Source: a virus
Taxonomy: Duplodnaviria > Heunggongvirae > Uroviricota > Caudoviricetes
Virus record (IMG/VR): IMGVR_UViG_2531839584_000015
Length of the DNA stretch: 20,588 nucleotides
Direction: 5' to 3' (one strand)
Made by a program: the position numbers and the translations under genes. The notes beneath the pieces are model-generated. The model ran no database searches, was not told where the DNA came from, and saw only the letters and a list, made by a program, of their open reading frames with translations. The number at the start of each line of letters is the position of its first letter. The first letter of the stretch is position 1. Shown here piece by piece: positions 7,158-16,646 of the stretch.

Positions 7158-9221
7158 TTAATCCTTACGGTAGTGGTACGCCTCAAAACCGCCAGCGTTC
7201 AGTGGGATATCTGGCGCCCATTCGGGGTTAGTGGAGAGAAGCGCGGAAAGCGCTTTATCGTTGAAATCTTCTGTGTCAGGTGATTCGGTGATCACCTCGT
7301 CGTGTACCGTCAGCACAATGCTGTAACCGGCATCTTCGATAAGCGGCATGTTTCCGGCCAGAACGTCGCGGGCGGCCGCCTGGGTGACGTTCTCCACCAG
7401 CTTTCCGCCGTAGGTTTTGAGTCGTTGCCATTTACGCGAATAAGAGTTAACACCCATGTAGGTGATATTCCCTTGTTCGATAACCGGAGACGGGTAGCAT
7501 ACAGCGCGTCCGGATGGTAGCTGTATGCGCAGCCACGCGCCATCGCGGCGGATTTTAAGATAACCGCAATACAATGTTTTTTGCGGTGTGGCGATTGCTG
7601 TGCGGACGGTGCACTCCAGTTCGTACCAGAAATCACAGGTCGCGGGATGCGCCCGGCGCCAGAGACGTTTAAGTGAGTCGCAGGCGATAAATACCCGTTC
7701 AGAAAGCCCGTAGGTCGATTTACGTTTAACCGATTCGTCGTACCAGCTTTTCGCCTCGCGGATAACATCGCGGGGAATGTTTGGCAGTGCGGCGTTCGCC
7801 AGCCCGTCGAGATCGAGACCGTAAACCAGAGCAAAAGTGATGAAAGCCGATACACCTCCTCCATAACCCAGACCGAGTTCCATGACTTTACCGATCTGAC
7901 GCATGTGTTTATCAACATCATCTGGTGCAATATCGAAAGCTTTTGCATACGCCAGTTTATATAAGTCCGGACCCGTTCCGGCGTCGTACTCTCTGAATGC
8001 ATTCAGTTTCCATTCTTCTCCCGCCAGCCATGCCAGCATACGGCCTTCAATGTTCGACAAGTCACTTACCACCAGCTTTTTGCCTGTTGGCGCGATAATG
8101 CAGCCACGTAACGCTGAACTGGTTAGTTCCATGATATTGTCAAACAGCAGGTCTGCACATCCGGCTTTCAGTGCTTCGATGCCTTCGTCTATTTGTTCCT
8201 GTTTTAGTGAAGGGCGGGGAAGGTTCTGGGGCTGGAATAGCCGTCCGGCCCAACGACCGGTACGTGACGCCCCGCAGAACTGTAGCGTACCGCGTAAGCG
8301 CCCGTCGTGGCTTACGCCTTTCATCAGTGCCTTGTATTTACTGGTGCTGGTAGTACTGGCCTGCAGGCGGATAGCCAGCAGTTCTTTCACGGCAGATGGT
8401 AAATCGGGGTCGGCAATACGACGTTCCAGAGTACTGCGTTGCATGTCTGGTAGCTCCACACCGTAGGATTCAACAATGTGCTTAATCAACGCGTCTCGTT
8501 GTGTGGCTGCCTGCACTTCGCCATCAGTCATTTCCTGTGTACGCTTTGCCAGGCGCTTTTGTTCCTGGTCTACCGCGTCGATCGCAGCGCGTGCGAGTTC
8601 CACGTCCATGCAGACGCCCCGGTCATTGATCTGCTGATCACGATGCCAGAGCGCCAGTTCTGTCCCCTGATAATTCCACTTCGGCAGACGTTTATAGACT
8701 TCGCGCATTGCCTCGATATCCAGTCCGGCGTAAGCAACAAAGCGCCGCCATTCTTCCGGGTGGGTTTTGCTGGTGGCCCGGCGCAGTTTGCTGTTTTTCG
8801 GGCGTGGCTTACAGAACAGCTGGATCAGCGCTTTACCTTCTTTGTCCTTCGCTTTGTCTTGCGGGACGCCTAGTACTTCGCAGAGTTCCCCCAGAGACCC
8901 CGGGAGACCGTGCGCCAGCGCCTGCACCATCGTGTCGCGCCAACGTTCGACTGGCGGTGCCAGTCGCGGCATTGCATAACGCAGGACGGTGCGGTCGAAG
9001 TGAGAGTTATGAAAATAAAGCAGGGTTTCAGGGGCTGCGATTGCTTCGTATAAGCCGTGTGGAATACCACCACCGGCAGTGATATCCCATACGTTTACTG
9101 GCCCGTCGTTGATAGCCCATGCGAACAGCATCACTTCAACGCCTTCGGCATACGCATGGGTACCGTTCGTAATAGGGATTTCGCAATAGGTTTCCAGGTC
9201 GCCCCATAGTATATTGGACAT
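7158..9221 (-). CDS. Family A DNA polymerase with N-terminal 3'-5' exonuclease domain
   Basis: Exo I-like DLET near the N-terminus. Motif A DLSNIEGR, motif [13 protein letters not shown], motif C LTVHDE. Length 687 aa. Confidence 0.85.
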   Translation of the reverse strand: MSNILWGDLETYCEIPITNGTHAYAEGVEVMLFAWAINDGPVNVWDITAGGGIPHGLYEAIAAPETLLYFHNSHFDRTVLRYAMPRLAPPVERWRDTMVQALAHGLPGSLGELCEVLGVPQDKAKDKEGKALIQLFCKPRPKNSKLRRATSKTHPEEWRRFVAYAGLDIEAMREVYKRLPKWNYQGTELALWHRDQQINDRGVCMDVELARAAIDAVDQEQKRLAKRTQEMTDGEVQAATQRDALIKHIVESYGVELPDMQRSTLERRIADPDLPSAVKELLAIRLQASTTSTSKYKALMKGVSHDGRLRGTLQFCGASRTGRWAGRLFQPQNLPRPSLKQEQIDEGIEALKAGCADLLFDNIMELTSSALRGCIIAPTGKKLVVSDLSNIEGRMLAWLAGEEWKLNAFREYDAGTGPDLYKLAYAKAFDIAPDDVDKHMRQIGKVMELGLGYGGGVSAFITFALVYGLDLDGLANAALPNIPRDVIREAKSWYDESVKRKSTYGLSERVFIACDSLKRLWRRAHPATCDFWYELECTVRTAIATPQKTLYCGYLKIRRDGAWLRIQLPSGRAVCYPSPVIEQGNITYMGVNSYSRKWQRLKTYGGKLVENVTQAAARDVLAGNMPLIEDAGYSIVLTVHDEVITESPDTEDFNDKALSALLSTNPEWAPDIPLNAGGFEAYHYRKD

Positions 9222-9267
9222 GTGTTTACCTTGGTTTTTATTCTATTAACTGATTAAAAGATTAATT

Positions 9268-9897
9268 ATGCATATGATCCAATACTTGATTGACCATACA
9301 GAGCATCTGGAGAAAATAGCTGGATATATTTTTTCATGTTTGATTGTTATGGGAGTCTGGATAAGAAAGATCATTTTTAATTATAAGTATAAAGAGCCTA
9401 AATATGTCAAGAAGTTAATTTTATATTTAGTTAAGTATGAACGTTATCTGGATAAGGAGGATAAGAGTGCCATAGAAAAAAGAATAAATGATAAAATTAT
9501 TCGTGATGCGCTGAAATTGCAATCTTCTTATAACCGAAGTGATGTTATTTACATTTGCAATAGATTAGAAAAAAGACAGTATATAAATCAGGTGATTAAG
9601 CTTCAGAATTATATAGAGAAAGATAACGGAGTGTTTTTCATCAATGTTAATTTTTCAGGTTTTTTATTTATTATTAGTCGTCTGTTTTCCTTTCTGTGTT
9701 TTGTGCTGTTTATCCTTTTTTCTATTATCTGCATTATTTCCATAGGGCAAAATGAAGGCCTTTTAAATTATCTTGTGTATATGGTTATGACAATAGTTTT
9801 AGAGACTGTTGGTTTTTGGATGTATGATACTTTCCCGTCTAAGAAGAAGATCTGTGAACTAAATAAAGAATTGAGGAAGATTAAGATTCCTGAGTGA
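9268..9897 (+). CDS. Hypothetical multi-pass membrane protein, 209 aa; AT-rich single-gene insertion
   Basis: Strongly hydrophobic segments (IFSCLIVMGVWI; FSGFLFIISRLFSFLCFVLFILFSIICIISIG; LVYMVMTIVLETVGFW). Lys/Ile/Tyr-rich, AT-rich codons. Opposite strand to the flanking replication genes. Confidence 0.55.
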   Translation: MHMIQYLIDHTEHLEKIAGYIFSCLIVMGVWIRKIIFNYKYKEPKYVKKLILYLVKYERYLDKEDKSAIEKRINDKIIRDALKLQSSYNRSDVIYICNRLEKRQYINQVIKLQNYIEKDNGVFFINVNFSGFLFIISRLFSFLCFVLFILFSIICIISIGQNEGLLNYLVYMVMTIVLETVGFWMYDTFPSKKKICELNKELRKIKIPE

Positions 9898-9915
9898 TTA
9901 TGCGCCTAATCAGCA

Positions 9916-9934
9916 GCCCGGTATTTAACCGGGC
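9916..9934. terminator. Hairpin between convergent genes (possible bidirectional terminator)
   Basis: GCCCGGT-ATTTA-ACCGGGC, a 7-bp stem with 5-nt loop in the 52-bp gap between 9268..9897 (+) and 9950..10498 (-). Flanking U-tracts are weak. Confidence 0.3.
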
Positions 9935-9949
9935 GTCTATGAAGTAGGG

Positions 9950-10498
9950 TTAAATCAGTGCTTCAGCATCAGCACCTTCGCTGATATCGTCGAAATCGTC
10001 AGCGCTTGCCACTCCGCCGACAGCGAATGCATCGCCGTCTCGCAGGAACTGGACTCCGCCGAGTGAGGCATTAATGCGTTTACCGAAATTATTGTCCTGT
10101 GCCCAGATATCGATAACGGCGTTTACATAGCACCCTGCATAGGGACGTCCATCAGCCTGAATAAGTGGCGAACGATCGCGATCAAGAACAGCTGGGCGCG
10201 CTTTGTTAGCAGCATTCAGGAAGAAATTGCCGGGGAAGCCTTCATACTCTGCTTTTTCATCACCATCATGCAGGCACAGATTGAGTTTTTTCTCCAGTTG
10301 GTTATAAATGGGCTCCCACTTCTCTCCCCATTTTTCCTTCGCTACCTGCTTCATAGCTTTACGGATTTCTTCCAGTTGTGGGTGTTTGGGTGACATTAAA
10401 AATACTGCGGAGAAACGTGGATCGCCTTCGCCGTTTACAGTTTTAGCTTCAAACAGAGACGGGAAGGCCAGACGAACATTGTTCAGCTTCAGTTTCAT
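9950..10498 (-). CDS. DUF2815-family phage protein (SSB-like)
   Basis: N-terminus MKLKLNNVRLAFPSLFE matches the conserved start of DUF2815 proteins, which usually sit next to DUF2800 in phage replication modules. Acidic C-terminal tail. Confidence 0.65.
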   Translation of the reverse strand: MKLKLNNVRLAFPSLFEAKTVNGEGDPRFSAVFLMSPKHPQLEEIRKAMKQVAKEKWGEKWEPIYNQLEKKLNLCLHDGDEKAEYEGFPGNFFLNAANKARPAVLDRDRSPLIQADGRPYAGCYVNAVIDIWAQDNNFGKRINASLGGVQFLRDGDAFAVGGVASADDFDDISEGADAEALI

Positions 10499-10513
10499 GG
10501 GTATTTCCTTAAA

Positions 10514-11815
10514 TCAGATGAGGTCTGCGGTTAGCGTATCGTCGGATACGTCGTCGAAATCATTTACAGGGTTGATATTGAGTGCGGGGCGTGGGTCTGA
10601 CTCGGGAACGATGGTGGGTTTACCATCAGCTCGTGTTATCAGTGCCTCGACTTTTGACCAACGGCGCGGACTGGCCTTTTTGATAAGTTTTTCGGCTTTT
10701 GTGGGGCTAATAAGTTTAAAGTCGAATACTTCTTCAGTTTTGTACCTGAACTGGTCCTTCAGAAGTGCGCGAGCTGCCTCTTCATCACTCCAGGCCCGGT
10801 TACCTTGTTTTCCTGTTACCAGTTTAAACCCCGGTACCGGATGTCCGGCATTGAGTTCATTGTGAACCCGGTCCCGTACTGCCTTTAGCCAGGACTCAAT
10901 AAAGTCGGCCTGGCTATAGATCTCCGCAAGCTGCTCAATGGTTAACAGAGGTACACGTGCGCTGGCATTGGTGATTATTTCGCTGACAGGCTTTGTCAGA
11001 TCTTCAAAGTCGCTGGCCGCTGTTTGTAAATGCTGCATTTTCTGGGCAGTGCAAATAGCTTTTGCTTTACAGAAGCGGCACTGTTTTTCTCCAGGTATGA
11101 AGTTTTCCAGCGGTAGTGTCTCAATGCCTTCGCATTCAGCAATATTGAGAACAAGGATCGCACTGGTTGCGGCCTCCTGTGCTCGTTTACCGAAAGACTG
11201 AAGTTCCTGCACGGTTAACGACCATTCTGAAACGTGGTTGAGCCTTGGCTGGTGAATAAATAATCTTACAGTCTCAAAGTCATACAGCATGCTGAATTGT
11301 TCGAGCGCACCCAGAGCATACAGTTGTAGTTGCTCATTTTGTTCTGCATCAATGCGGACGCCTTTGCCATATTTCAGGTCGTGGATTTGTAATTCGTTAC
11401 CAGCGATGATTATGCCGTCGGCAGTTCCGAAAGATTCTTCCACCCCCGTTATATGTGAGAAATCAACACGTTGTTCAACCAATAGTTCATTATTCTGTGC
11501 AAGAGTCCAGACCGTATCAACATACCGGCCAACGGCTTCGACCATTTCATCATCCACCTGTGGGCCAGATGTATCATCAGGATTTTCGCGAAGGGGGTAT
11601 GAGCCGAGAAACATAGAAACATTGCATCCGGCGTAGTGTTCCGGGTGGCTTTGCCTGTTTCGTAGAACTTTTTCAGCAAGCGCGTGCGCTGCAGTGCCCT
11701 CGATTGCAAAAGTTGTTTCTTTATCCGGTTGTGTGGCCTCCAGCGCCAGACTTCCTGGGCAGCGCATCCATCGATGCGCTGATGATGGAGAAAGTTGTGC
11801 ATGAACGTCTGGCAT
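10514..11815 (-). CDS. DUF2800-family PD-(D/E)XK nuclease (Cas4-like exonuclease)
   Basis: N-terminal [15 protein letters not shown] motif and a C-terminal cysteine cluster ([12 protein letters not shown]) are typical of DUF2800/Cas4-like nucleases. Confidence 0.65.
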   Translation of the reverse strand: MPDVHAQLSPSSAHRWMRCPGSLALEATQPDKETTFAIEGTAAHALAEKVLRNRQSHPEHYAGCNVSMFLGSYPLRENPDDTSGPQVDDEMVEAVGRYVDTVWTLAQNNELLVEQRVDFSHITGVEESFGTADGIIIAGNELQIHDLKYGKGVRIDAEQNEQLQLYALGALEQFSMLYDFETVRLFIHQPRLNHVSEWSLTVQELQSFGKRAQEAATSAILVLNIAECEGIETLPLENFIPGEKQCRFCKAKAICTAQKMQHLQTAASDFEDLTKPVSEIITNASARVPLLTIEQLAEIYSQADFIESWLKAVRDRVHNELNAGHPVPGFKLVTGKQGNRAWSDEEAARALLKDQFRYKTEEVFDFKLISPTKAEKLIKKASPRRWSKVEALITRADGKPTIVPESDPRPALNINPVNDFDDVSDDTLTADLI

Positions 11816-11817
11816 GA

Positions 11818-12720
11818 TTAACCCTCCAGTGCTTTTTCAGCCAGGGTGATTACTTCAGCGAGATTTTCATCCGTTACTTCACCAAGTTTCCTGGCTCCCT
11901 GTTTTTCCAGAATTGCAATAGCTTCTGCCCGGTAACCCCCTTTTGCTAACTGGAGGATCAACCCTTCAGCTTGTTTGCGTAGTGCCGCGAAATCAATTGT
12001 ATGGTCATCTTTGGCGTCATTATTCTGGCTGGAATTTGCTGCGTCTCTGCGTGCAAATTCTTCCTGCAGCTGAAGGTACTCAACACGGTTGATCTCGATA
12101 TGGCCTTTTTTAAGCATCTCGTTCAACTTGCGTAAGGTGTGGAGTTCACTGGCTGCTGTGCCGGATACATTTTTGACGTAAAACGGCCCCGTGCGTTCTC
12201 CATCTTTGTTACTGGCCTTTTTCGGCTTAACTTCATCACGCCCATCTGCAGGTGCATCAAGTAGTTGCTCGGCAAAAGCACGTCGCTCGCCGATGGTTGG
12301 CAGGTCGTCCCAGAACTTAAGAATGTTACGGGACAGGTCCAGAAGAGCGGGTTTATGCAGTGCCCTGGCTCGTTTGACGCCCTGCAATGCGCTGTCGAGA
12401 GCATCAATCTGAACTACTCGTTTATCGCCTTCAGCATCACGGTAGGCAACAGCACGTTGCAGCATGTCTTCTGTGATAGGGGTGGCTACCGGGTAGAAAC
12501 CAGCCAGTGCGATAACGTCGCTGAACTCCAGATCATCCAGTGTCATTGCCGCTGACATATTTTCAGTTTCAGTTGCTGTATCCCGACATTCCTGCACTCG
12601 TGAAATCGTGTCAGGATGCATAACAATACCTGATGCCATCGTGCGGATAAGACGTTCAAGCAGCGCATTATGTTGTGCCAGAAGTTGATTATTAAGTTCG
12701 AGACTGGTTTCTAAACTCAT
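11818..12720 (-). CDS. Hypothetical phage protein, 300 aa, acidic
   Basis: ORF in track, tightly packed in the operon: 2-bp gap to DUF2800 and ATGA overlap with the upstream small ORF. No family recognised. Confidence 0.5.
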   Translation of the reverse strand: MSLETSLELNNQLLAQHNALLERLIRTMASGIVMHPDTISRVQECRDTATETENMSAAMTLDDLEFSDVIALAGFYPVATPITEDMLQRAVAYRDAEGDKRVVQIDALDSALQGVKRARALHKPALLDLSRNILKFWDDLPTIGERRAFAEQLLDAPADGRDEVKPKKASNKDGERTGPFYVKNVSGTAASELHTLRKLNEMLKKGHIEINRVEYLQLQEEFARRDAANSSQNNDAKDDHTIDFAALRKQAEGLILQLAKGGYRAEAIAILEKQGARKLGEVTDENLAEVITLAEKALEG

Positions 12721-12866
12721 ACTGTGGTCCTCGCTACAAGGAGAATGAAAGTGATGATCAGACCGAGCGCAGTGGCAACGGCCAGACCGGTCATCAAATC
12801 GAAGTTTTTACGGCGATAACGGAGAACATCGCGCCCCGTCAGTCGATAGAAGTGTTCAGGTTTCAT
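12717..12866 (-). CDS. Small hydrophobic protein, 49 aa (not in ORF track)
   Basis: Hand translation of the minus strand gives [54 protein letters not shown] lies upstream of the ATG at 12866, and the stop overlaps the ATG of the 300-aa gene (ATGA). Confidence 0.4.
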   Translation of the reverse strand: MKPEHFYRLTGRDVLRYRRKNFDLMTGLAVATALGLIITFILLVARTTV

Positions 12867-12924
12867 CGGTTGTATTCCTTTTTTCATATCGGGGAGCGCG
12901 CTGTTGCGAGTGCGCTTTCAGACA

Positions 12925-12951
12925 TAAAAAAGCCCGTCACTTGCGGCGGGC
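12925..12951 (-). terminator. Putative intrinsic terminator inside the leftward early operon
   Basis: On the minus strand, GCCCG-(10 nt)-CGGGC hairpin followed by TTTTTT, between the zinc-finger gene and the downstream replication genes. Confidence 0.4.
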
Positions 12952-12982
12952 AAAGACTACACACAGCAATTACATGGATGAT

Positions 12983-13177
12983 TCAGTTGGTATTGTGCGT
13001 ACGTGGTACCACAAGGTTGAAGCGGACACGCCAGTGCGTTGCAATGGTATGCAGGAAAGCACCACATCCAGGGCAGTGCTCATAACATTCGTTGATTTGG
13101 TATCGTTTTGGCTTTGGTGTCTGAAGCTGTGTTTGGCAAGCAGGGCATTCACCTTTGAGCGGTTTATACGTTTTCAC
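12983..13177 (-). CDS. Small Cys4 zinc-finger protein, 64 aa; first gene of the leftward early operon
   Basis: CPAC...(17 aa)...CPGC arrangement. GTG start at 13177 with AGGAAA RBS upstream. Confidence 0.5.
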   Translation of the reverse strand: MKTYKPLKGECPACQTQLQTPKPKRYQINECYEHCPGCGAFLHTIATHWRVRFNLVVPRTHNTN

Positions 13178-13460
13178 GCCGTTTCCTCATTCAGTTCACT
13201 TTGGTGGTTCGGCGGCTTCGACTTGTATCAGTAGACAGTGCTTCGCCGCACCCCAAAGGGAACTTACTGACCCGTATTGCCGACATCCTGTCCCGCCACG
13301 GTCCCGACGCATGGTTTAGAGTCGCGCCGTTCGACTTGTGGCTAAAGATACAATTTGAGTTGTATTGTGTAAACCACAAATGTGGTATTTTGTGGGGTGT
13401 GAATACTACTTTATTGATATTTAAGTGAATTTAATTTGTAAGACTTTACAAATGGGGTAA

Positions 13461-13480
13461 GGGAGGCTGTTACGCCTCCC
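13461..13480 (-). terminator. GC-rich hairpin just downstream of the repressor gene
   Basis: GGGAGGC-(6 nt)-GCCTCCC, a 7-bp stem, lying 20-40 nt past the cI-like stop on the minus strand. U-tract is imperfect. Confidence 0.3.
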
Positions 13481-13499
13481 GATATTTACGGTGGGAATA

Positions 13500-14123
13500 C
13501 TAACGTTTACGGCGGTAAATACGGTGTTCGATCATTACACCTATGATCTGTAAGTTCATATCTGCACTACGAAAAATAGGGTAATCAGGATTTAGGGGGA
13601 TTAATTCAAAGTCGTCGATGCCGATTCCTAATGGACGGTATTTTTTAAATGTAGCTTCGTGACCGTCGTTTTTGGCGACAACAAACTCCCCTGGTGCAGG
13701 ACATAGATCAGGATCGATGATAACAATGTCTCCTTCTTTAAACTCTGGTTGCATGCTGTCGCCATCAATACGTAATGCGAAGCATGTTTCTGGAATGTCA
13801 GAGTCTGCCAAAATATATTCAAATTCCCCTGTCAGATCTGTTATGTCTCTTGCTTCTGTAAGCTCTCCTGCCTGAACGTAACTTAATATAGGTATGCGTC
13901 TGGTACTTATCTCCGCGAGAGGCATAATATTTTTACCGTTCAGTAGCCAGTCTGGGCTACATTTCAAGGCCTTAGCCAGATCCAGAAGATTGCGCGGCTT
14001 TCTGGTTCGTCCACTTTCGATGGATTCTATGGATTGTTGGCTAACCCCTGCAGAATTCGCTACTTCCACTTGAGTCATTCCTAATTCCAAACGACGTGCT
14101 TTAAAACGGGCTGCGAGAGACAT
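13500..14123 (-). CDS. cI-like phage repressor (XRE-type HTH + LexA-like S24 peptidase domain)
   Basis: HTH LGMTQVEVANSAGVSQQSIESIE; Ala-Gly cleavage site (VQAGEL); Ser/Lys dyad context (GDSMQPEF, VVAKNDG). Start taken at ATG 14123 (MSLAARF...) with AAGGA RBS; the track ORF extends 17 codons further upstream. Confidence 0.8.
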   Translation of the reverse strand: MSLAARFKARRLELGMTQVEVANSAGVSQQSIESIESGRTRKPRNLLDLAKALKCSPDWLLNGKNIMPLAEISTRRIPILSYVQAGELTEARDITDLTGEFEYILADSDIPETCFALRIDGDSMQPEFKEGDIVIIDPDLCPAPGEFVVAKNDGHEATFKKYRPLGIGIDDFELIPLNPDYPIFRSADMNLQIIGVMIEHRIYRRKR

Positions 14124-14243
14124 GGGATTAGTCCTTCTGGGTTGTATTAATGTGTATACCCACATTAAAAACAATTTTTGTTGTATTTGACAAACCTCGT
14201 TTGTTGTTGCTAAATACCACTAAAATTGTATGAGGTGAAAGCA
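14124..14243. promoter_or_regulatory. Divergent cI/cro promoter-operator region
   Basis: Perfect inverted repeat TTAATGTG-N6-CACATTAA at 14147..14168. TTGACA at 14187..14192, followed 18 bp later by TAAATA, faces the cro-like gene. Confidence 0.5.
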
Positions 14244-14456
14244 ATGACCTTAGCGACCCGAGTAAAAGAACGACGTAAAGAACTCAAAATGACGCAAGTT
14301 ACGTTGGCTGAGCTCACAGGAGTGAGCCAGCAGGCAATAAACAGAATTGAAAGTGGTGTTATTGCTCGGCCACGTTATCTTCTTGAAATGTCTATAGCAT
14401 TGGATTGCGACCCTAATTGGCTGTTGTATGGCTCACAAAACGATAAAAAGGCTTAA
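14244..14456 (+). CDS. Cro-like XRE-family HTH regulator
   Basis: LKMTQVTLAELTGVSQQAINRIESG HTH. ATG at 14244 has GAGGTGA 5 nt upstream. Divergent from the cI-like gene; stop lies 3 bp before the primase start. Confidence 0.75.
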   Translation: MTLATRVKERRKELKMTQVTLAELTGVSQQAINRIESGVIARPRYLLEMSIALDCDPNWLLYGSQNDKKA

Positions 14457-14459
14457 CCC

Positions 14460-16646
14460 ATGTCCGATAGCAAACCATGGGGAGCTACGCCTGATGAGTG
14501 GTTTCATTTCGACCTGGTATTGGGGAGAACTGAGCATCTTCTCCCAGTTGTATGTAACCCCGGTGCGACCATATCCCCTGATAGTAAACTGAAAGCGCTG
14601 GGCAAGACGCCAAGTCGCTATAACCGGGACCGCCAGGTCACCGGTATTGCTCAATGGACCGGGTATGTTGTTACTGAGCATGATTTTGCCCGCTGGTCGA
14701 ATGAACCGGATTATGGCATCTGCGTGCGTACAGGCCATGGCTGGCTGGCGCTGGACTGCGATAGCGAAGATGAAGACATTCAGGCAGATATTCGCAAAAC
14801 GCTTGTGCAACTTCTGGGGGAGTTGCCGCCGCGACGCTGGCGAGCAAACAGTAATAAGTGTCTGTATCTGCTGGCCGTTGATGGTGATTTCCGTAAGCGT
14901 ATCCATCGCCTGGCGGGGGATATGGGCATTATCGAGTTGCTGGCGAACGGGCAGCAGTTCGTTGCCTGTGGTACGCACAGCAGCGGCGCGCGTATTGAAT
15001 GGGACGGTGGTTTGCCGGATGAACCTCCGGCTATTACTGGTGAGCAGCTTGAAACGCTGTGGCAGCGCCTGGCTGAACAACTCCCTGTGTCGGTAACCAC
15101 CGAAGCGGGCAACACGAAGATGCGCGACCGATCAGCATTCACGCCCGGCGCGACGGATGATACAGCTGAATATCTTGATGCCAATGGCTGGACGCTGCTG
15201 GATGGCGCAAATGGTGAACGATATATCCGCTGTCCGTTTGAAGACGGCCACAGTAGCGGGGGCGATCCAACAAGCACAGCTTATTTTCCTGCGGGAACCG
15301 CGGGCTTTGAGCAGGGGCATTTTAAATGCCTGCATGCCAGTTGTGCGCATCGTGATGACGGAGATTTCCTTAATGCCATCGGGATCCGCAACGACGATTT
15401 CGAAGATCTGACCAGCACCGAAGTGGCGGAACCTTTACCGCTGCCTGCTTTCGAGCGTGATAAATGGGGGCGTATCGAGGCAACCATCAGCAACGCAGCC
15501 AAAGCAGTAGTACGCCCTGATTTTGTGGACATCGATATTCGCTTTGACCAGTTCCGCGACGAAATCATGTTTGCCCCTGCAGGATCCGGACAATGGCGAG
15601 CATTCACCGATGCGGATTATGCGCGCCTGCGCATCACGATGGAAAAGCGGGGATTTAAACCTGTTGGTCGTGAACTTATTCGCGATGTGGTGTTACTTGC
15701 AGCCGATGAACAACCATTCGATTCAGCGATCACCTGGCTGAACGGGCTGGAGTGGGATGGCGTGCCGCGCATCGAATGTTTCTACCATACGCACTTCGGT
15801 ACAGCCAACACGCCTTATACCCGTGCGGTGTCTATGTACATGTGGACCGCGTTGGCGGGGCGAGTACTGGAGCCAGGCATCAAAGCGGATATGGTGCCGA
15901 TCCTCGTTGGTCCGCAGGGCTGCGGTAAGTCTTCCGGAGTGGAGGCACTGAGCCCTGATCCTGCGTTTTTTACTGAAATCTCTTTTGCCGAAAAAGACGA
16001 TGATCTCGCTCGAAAAATGCGTGGTCGGCTGGTGGCAGAGATTGGTGAACTGCGCGGACTTAATACCAAAGAGCTGGAGTCAATCAAAGCGTTTGTGACA
16101 CGTACTCACGAAAACTGGATCCCGAAATACCGGGAGTTCGCCACCCAGTTTCCTCGTCGCCTGGTGTTCGTTGGTACCACCAATGAGGACGAATTCCTTG
16201 CGGACAAGACTGGTAACCGTCGCTGGCTCCCCGTGGAAGTGTCGAAAGTCGACGTGAAAGCGATAAAAAGAGATCTCCTTTTACTTTGGGCTGAGGCTCG
16301 TGAGGTGTTTCAGCGTCTGGGGGGTATCCAGTTCCGTGAGGCTGAACAACTGGCAGCGAGTGTCCATGAACAGTACACCATCAAGGATGCTTGGCTTGAA
16401 ACGGTAGAGAAATGGCTCGACACGCCAGACCTGATGACTAATGAACTTCCGCGAAATTGCGAATTTTTACGCGCAAGTGATGTTTTGCGTGATGCGATTG
16501 GGCTAAATCCTGACCGCATCGGAAAACGCGAAGAAATGCGAATTAGTAATGTTTTGCAAAATTGCGGGTATAAGCGTGCCCAAAGGCGAATTGGGGGGAA
16601 AAAATGCAAGGTTTGGGAACCGCTGGAACCACGCGGAACCACCTAG
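14460..16646 (+). CDS. Replication initiator: primase-polymerase (Prim-Pol) N-terminal domain + zinc-binding region + VirE/P4-type P-loop NTPase
   Basis: 728 aa. Walker A GPQGCGKSS in the C-terminal half. Cys/His cluster CPFEDGHSSGG...HFKCLHASCAH. N-terminal acidic catalytic-like segment LALDCDSEDED. Operonic with cro. Confidence 0.7.
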   Translation: MSDSKPWGATPDEWFHFDLVLGRTEHLLPVVCNPGATISPDSKLKALGKTPSRYNRDRQVTGIAQWTGYVVTEHDFARWSNEPDYGICVRTGHGWLALDCDSEDEDIQADIRKTLVQLLGELPPRRWRANSNKCLYLLAVDGDFRKRIHRLAGDMGIIELLANGQQFVACGTHSSGARIEWDGGLPDEPPAITGEQLETLWQRLAEQLPVSVTTEAGNTKMRDRSAFTPGATDDTAEYLDANGWTLLDGANGERYIRCPFEDGHSSGGDPTSTAYFPAGTAGFEQGHFKCLHASCAHRDDGDFLNAIGIRNDDFEDLTSTEVAEPLPLPAFERDKWGRIEATISNAAKAVVRPDFVDIDIRFDQFRDEIMFAPAGSGQWRAFTDADYARLRITMEKRGFKPVGRELIRDVVLLAADEQPFDSAITWLNGLEWDGVPRIECFYHTHFGTANTPYTRAVSMYMWTALAGRVLEPGIKADMVPILVGPQGCGKSSGVEALSPDPAFFTEISFAEKDDDLARKMRGRLVAEIGELRGLNTKELESIKAFVTRTHENWIPKYREFATQFPRRLVFVGTTNEDEFLADKTGNRRWLPVEVSKVDVKAIKRDLLLLWAEAREVFQRLGGIQFREAEQLAASVHEQYTIKDAWLETVEKWLDTPDLMTNELPRNCEFLRASDVLRDAIGLNPDRIGKREEMRISNVLQNCGYKRAQRRIGGKKCKVWEPLEPRGTT

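Noticed and set aside
7310-8466. 230-aa and 187-aa ORFs inside the DNA polymerase gene
   Set aside because: Alternative-frame or antisense ORFs fully inside a well-supported 687-aa polymerase with conserved motifs; typical GC-rich frame artefacts.
13200-13345. Possible tRNA, given the GTTCGA-like motifs
   Set aside because: The TTCGACT motifs are not flanked by complementary 5-bp T-stem sequences and no cloverleaf can be drawn; more likely protein-binding direct repeats.
14433-15607. Several ORFs of 72-215 aa within or antisense to the primase gene
   Set aside because: Embedded in the primase coding region, which has a clear Walker A motif and consistent frame; no independent support.
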